In this document: positions 61,029 through 64,000 of the stretch, one piece after another
Layout of the letters: every line of letters starts with the position of its first letter
How positions within the stretch are numbered: position 1 is the stretch's first letter
Source of the DNA: an uncultured Candidatus Rokubacteria bacterium
GTDB taxonomy: Bacteria > Methylomirabilota > Methylomirabilia > Rokubacteriales > CSP1-6
Direction: 5' to 3'
Assembly (NCBI GenBank): GCA_963771355.1
Contig: CAVYTA010000005.1
Location: 640,001 to 704,000, forward strand
Length of the DNA stretch: 64,000 bases
Made by a program: the position numbers and the translations under genes
Notes under the pieces: model-generated
The model's database searches: none
The model's input: the letters and a program-made list of their open reading frames with translations, nothing else
What the model was told of the DNA's origin: nothing

Positions 61029-62222
61029 ATGGCGGGGCCAGCGTCACCCGGGCCGGAAGACCGGCCCAGCTTCTTCCGCAAGCCGGTATCGCCCCCATCG
61101 TCGTCCCTGCCGCCACCCGCGCCGCCGGTCGCCGTGACGACCAGCTCGGCCCCGCCGCCCCCGGCCGACATCGCGCCGCCCTCGCCGCCTCCGCCGATTC
61201 CCACTCCGCCCCCGCCGCCCCCCCCGCCGCCGCCGTCCGCGCCCGCCGCCCGAGAGCCGGGTCCGCCGTGGGCGGGCGCGGAGGTGCATCGCCTCACCTT
61301 CCATGGCGTGGGTGGCACGCTCTTCGGCATCCACATCGTCAACGTGTTCCTCACCATCGTGACGCTGGGAATCTTCTACTTCTGGGGCAAGGCGCGCGTG
61401 CGCCGCTATCTCTGGAGCCAGATGGCCATCGCGGGCGACCGCTTCGCCTTCCACGGCACCGGCCGGGAGATGCTGATCGGCTTCCTCAAGGCGATGCTCC
61501 TCTTCGCGGTCCCCCTGATCGCGCTCAGCATCCTGCAGAACCTCGACTGGGTGTGGCGGATCGTGCGGGTGCTGGCCTATCTCCTCGCCTACGTGATCGT
61601 GGCGGTGTTCTACCCGCTCGCCATCGTGGGGGCGCGGCGTTACCGGCTGAGCCGGAGCTCCTGGCGGGGCATCCGCTTCTCGTTCCGCGGCTCGGCCCGC
61701 GAGTTCATCAAGATCTTCGTCGTCAACTCCCTCATGACCTCGGTGACGCTCGGGCTCTGGTATCCGGTCCTCGACACGAAGCGCTACGCCTTCCTGACCT
61801 CGAACTCGTGGTTCGGGAACCGGCGCTTCGGCTTCGACGGAGGCCACTTCCGCCTCTTCGGGTCCTTCCTCCTCGCGCTCATCCTCACCCCGTTCACGCT
61901 GGGGCTGTGCTGGTTCTGGTACGTGGCGAAGAAGCGCCGCTTCTACTGGGGGCACACGACCTTCGGTGCCGCCCGCTACCAGTACAGCGGAACGGGCGGC
62001 GCCATCCTGTGGCTCATGGCGTTGAACCTCGTCATCGTGCTGGGGACGCTCGGACTCGGGTGGCCCTGGGCCAAGGTGCGGACGGCGCGCTTCCTCGCCC
62101 GGAACCTGACCCTGGTGGGGCCGCTCGAGCTGGAAAGCATTCAGCAGGACGCGCAGGCGGCCAGCGCCACCGGGGAGGGCCTGGCCGGCCTTCTCGACGC
62201 CGGCGGCCTCGACCTCGGCTGA
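61029..62222 (+). CDS. DUF898 (YjgN-family) membrane protein with N-terminal polyproline tract
   Basis: LTIVTLGIFYFWGKAR, FAFHGTG, SSWRGIRF, TLGLGWPWA. Confidence 0.88.
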   Translation: MAGPASPGPEDRPSFFRKPVSPPSSSLPPPAPPVAVTTSSAPPPPADIAPPSPPPPIPTPPPPPPPPPPSAPAAREPGPPWAGAEVHRLTFHGVGGTLFGIHIVNVFLTIVTLGIFYFWGKARVRRYLWSQMAIAGDRFAFHGTGREMLIGFLKAMLLFAVPLIALSILQNLDWVWRIVRVLAYLLAYVIVAVFYPLAIVGARRYRLSRSSWRGIRFSFRGSAREFIKIFVVNSLMTSVTLGLWYPVLDTKRYAFLTSNSWFGNRRFGFDGGHFRLFGSFLLALILTPFTLGLCWFWYVAKKRRFYWGHTTFGAARYQYSGTGGAILWLMALNLVIVLGTLGLGWPWAKVRTARFLARNLTLVGPLELESIQQDAQAASATGEGLAGLLDAGGLDLG

Positions 62223-62239
62223 GCCCCACCGCCGCCCCG

Positions 62240-63355
62240 ATGCGCACCGACTGGGAGGGCCACTATCTCGACGGACGCACGCCCACCCGCCGTCGTGCCA
62301 CCGTCCGACTCATGCGCGGCGGGCTCGAGATCACGCCCGAGGGCGCGGCGACGCAGTTCTGGCCCTACGGCGAGCTTCGCCAGACCCAGGGCTCCTATGC
62401 CGGCGAGGAGGTGCGCCTCGAGCGGGGCGGCCCACTGCCTGAGGCCTTCGTGGTGGCCGACCCGGCCTTCCTGGCGGATCTCCGCGAGATCTCGCAGACG
62501 CCGAGCGCGCGCTTCCACGACCCGCGCGGCCGTAGCCGGCGCCGGCAGCTCACCGTGCTGGCGGGGCTGGCGGTGGTGGCCATCGTGGCCGCCATCTATC
62601 TCTGGGGGATTCCCATCGTCGCGGAAGTGGTGGCCGCGCGCGTGCCCATCGCCTGGGAGGACCGGCTCGGCGGCTCGGTCGTCGAGAGCCTGGTCCCGCC
62701 GGAGAAGCGCTGCCGCTCGGAGGCCGGGCAGCGGGCGCTCGACGAGCTCGTCGCCACCCTCGTCGCGGCGGCCCCGCCCTCCGGCTACACGTTTCGCGCG
62801 CAGGTCGCGAACAACAAGGTCGTGAACGCCTTCGCCGCGCCGGGCGGCTACATCGTGGTGCTCCGCGGCCTCCTCGACGAGATGCGCACCCCCGAAGAGC
62901 TGGCGGGCGTGCTCGCCCACGAGATCCAGCACGTGCTGCGGCGCCACTCGACCAAGGCGCTGGTGCAGCACCTCTCCACCGGCTTGCTGCTCACGGCGGT
63001 GAGCGGCGACGTGAGCGGGGTCATGGCCTATGGCCTCGAGGGGGCGCGCGTGCTCGGCCAGCTCCGCTACGGACGCGCCGCCGAGGAGGAGGCCGATGCC
63101 CTGGGCATGCAGCTCATCATCGCGGCCGGGCTCGATCCGCAAGGGATGATCGCCTTCTTCGAGACGACCCAGAAGAAAGGGGGAGGGGGGTCGGGCCGGC
63201 CCGTCTACCTTTCCAGCCATCCCGGCGCGGCCGACCGGATCGCGCGCCTCACCCGGCTGGCGCAGGCGGCCCCACCACCCCGACGGCCCGCGCTCGGTGA
63301 GGCCGCGTGGGCGGCCCTCCGGGCCATCTGCGCCAAGCCCGGCGCGACCCCCTGA
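62240..63355 (+). CDS. M48-family metallopeptidase
   Basis: YLDG N-terminal domain, TM, VNAFAAPGG, LAHEIQH, EEEAD, YLSSHP. Confidence 0.9.
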   Translation: MRTDWEGHYLDGRTPTRRRATVRLMRGGLEITPEGAATQFWPYGELRQTQGSYAGEEVRLERGGPLPEAFVVADPAFLADLREISQTPSARFHDPRGRSRRRQLTVLAGLAVVAIVAAIYLWGIPIVAEVVAARVPIAWEDRLGGSVVESLVPPEKRCRSEAGQRALDELVATLVAAAPPSGYTFRAQVANNKVVNAFAAPGGYIVVLRGLLDEMRTPEELAGVLAHEIQHVLRRHSTKALVQHLSTGLLLTAVSGDVSGVMAYGLEGARVLGQLRYGRAAEEEADALGMQLIIAAGLDPQGMIAFFETTQKKGGGGSGRPVYLSSHPGAADRIARLTRLAQAAPPPRRPALGEAAWAALRAICAKPGATP

Positions 63356-63507
63356 CCGCGCCTGTTCCGTCGCCGACACCTCCGGTGTCAAACCTGTCAC
63401 CTCGGCGGGATCATCGGTCCCGGGGCGCACGACTCCGCCGTTGAGCACAAAAGGCATGTGGTTGATCTGAAAGAGTCCTCGCCGCCAAAACCCCCCGAAT
63501 TGGTCCT

Positions 63508-63523
63508 TGGTATCCGCCTTGCT
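63508..63523 (+). promoter_or_regulatory. Putative sigma54 -24/-12 promoter of the bactofilin gene
   Basis: TGGTAT-CCGCC-TTGCT (GG-N10-GC) downstream of a locally AT-richer tract. Confidence 0.65.
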
Positions 63524-63536
63524 CCTGGTCGTGGCC

Positions 63537-63941
63537 ATGTGGTTTAGAACGAAACACGCGCGTACGCTCCGGGGCAACCTGAGCGCCTTCCTGGACGAGG
63601 GCTCGGAGATCGAGGGCCGCTACGTGTGTGCCGGCACCGTGATGTTCAATGGCCGGCTGCGCGGCGAAATCGAGTCCAGCGGCACCCTCATCGTGGGGGA
63701 GCGGGGCCGCATCAATGGCACGCTCCGGGCCGGCACGGTGATCGTGCACGGCGAGATCACCGGCAACGTGACCGCCACCGATCGCGTGGAGCTCAAGGGC
63801 ACCGCGCGCGTCACCGGCGACATCGAGGCCGCGGTGATCATCATGGAGGAAGGCGTCTTTCTCGACGGGCGCTGCCACATGACGCGGCTGCGGCCCGCGG
63901 AGGAGCCCACTGCGCTGGCCGTCATGGCGGTGGGGCGATGA
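63537..63941 (+). CDS. Bactofilin (polymer-forming cytoskeletal protein)
   Basis: GSEIEG, FNGRLRGEI, LIVGERGRING, VELKGTARVTGDI, MEEGVFLDGRCHM. Confidence 0.9.
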   Translation: MWFRTKHARTLRGNLSAFLDEGSEIEGRYVCAGTVMFNGRLRGEIESSGTLIVGERGRINGTLRAGTVIVHGEITGNVTATDRVELKGTARVTGDIEAAVIIMEEGVFLDGRCHMTRLRPAEEPTALAVMAVGR

Positions 63942-64000
63942 GCTGGTACGTCGCGCGTCAGAACCGCGGACGCCTGTTCCACCACCTGCTCCTGGTGCGC
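63938..64000 (+). CDS. 5' fragment of the next gene (truncated by window end)
   Basis: ATGA overlap with the bactofilin stop; open to the end of the window (MSWYVARQNRG...). Confidence 0.4.
   Translation, partial: MSWYVARQNRGRLFHHLLLVR

Overview
High-GC bacterial chromosomal segment with no rRNA, tRNA, CRISPR array, integrase or transposase that I can support. Gene content (many ABC systems, luciferase-like monooxygenases, CoxL-like molybdoenzymes, GC-rich palindromes) is reminiscent of Candidatus Rokubacteria/Methylomirabilota; this is an inference, not a demonstrated assignment. Layout: (1) 1.3-13.1 kb TCA-cycle super-operon (mitochondrial-type aconitase, icd, mdh, split Fe-S fumarase, three-gene succinate dehydrogenase with a mycobacterial Sdh1-like Cys/His membrane anchor, sucCD, ndk), running on into an LLM oxidoreductase, an aromatic acid-CoA ligase and a NitT/TauT ABC system. 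(2) Biotin carboxylase plus carrier, a polar amino-acid ABC system and an alpha/beta hydrolase. (3) Three tiny orphan genes, one with a LIM-like zinc-finger motif. (4) A catabolic island: solo CoxL-like subunit and LLM, divergent from two ACAD-like paralogues, an ATPase-less Liv transporter, a VOC protein and a beta-hydroxyacid dehydrogenase. (5) The best candidate for an uncharacterised system, a TetR-controlled ~14 kb operon with a perfect 18-bp operator: two amidohydrolases, a Liv-type ABC importer whose second ATPase is fused to a Tm-1-like (UPF0261) domain, a PEP-hydrolase-like TIM barrel, a flotillin, an SRPBCC protein and an SRPBCC-quinone oxidoreductase fusion. (6) Putatively sigma54-driven DUF748 + BON lipoprotein, orphan livG/livF, a coxMSL-like molybdoenzyme that is not a form I CO dehydrogenase, DUF898 + M48 peptidase, and a putatively sigma54-driven bactofilin. 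All family calls come from motif recognition by eye; no database search was run.
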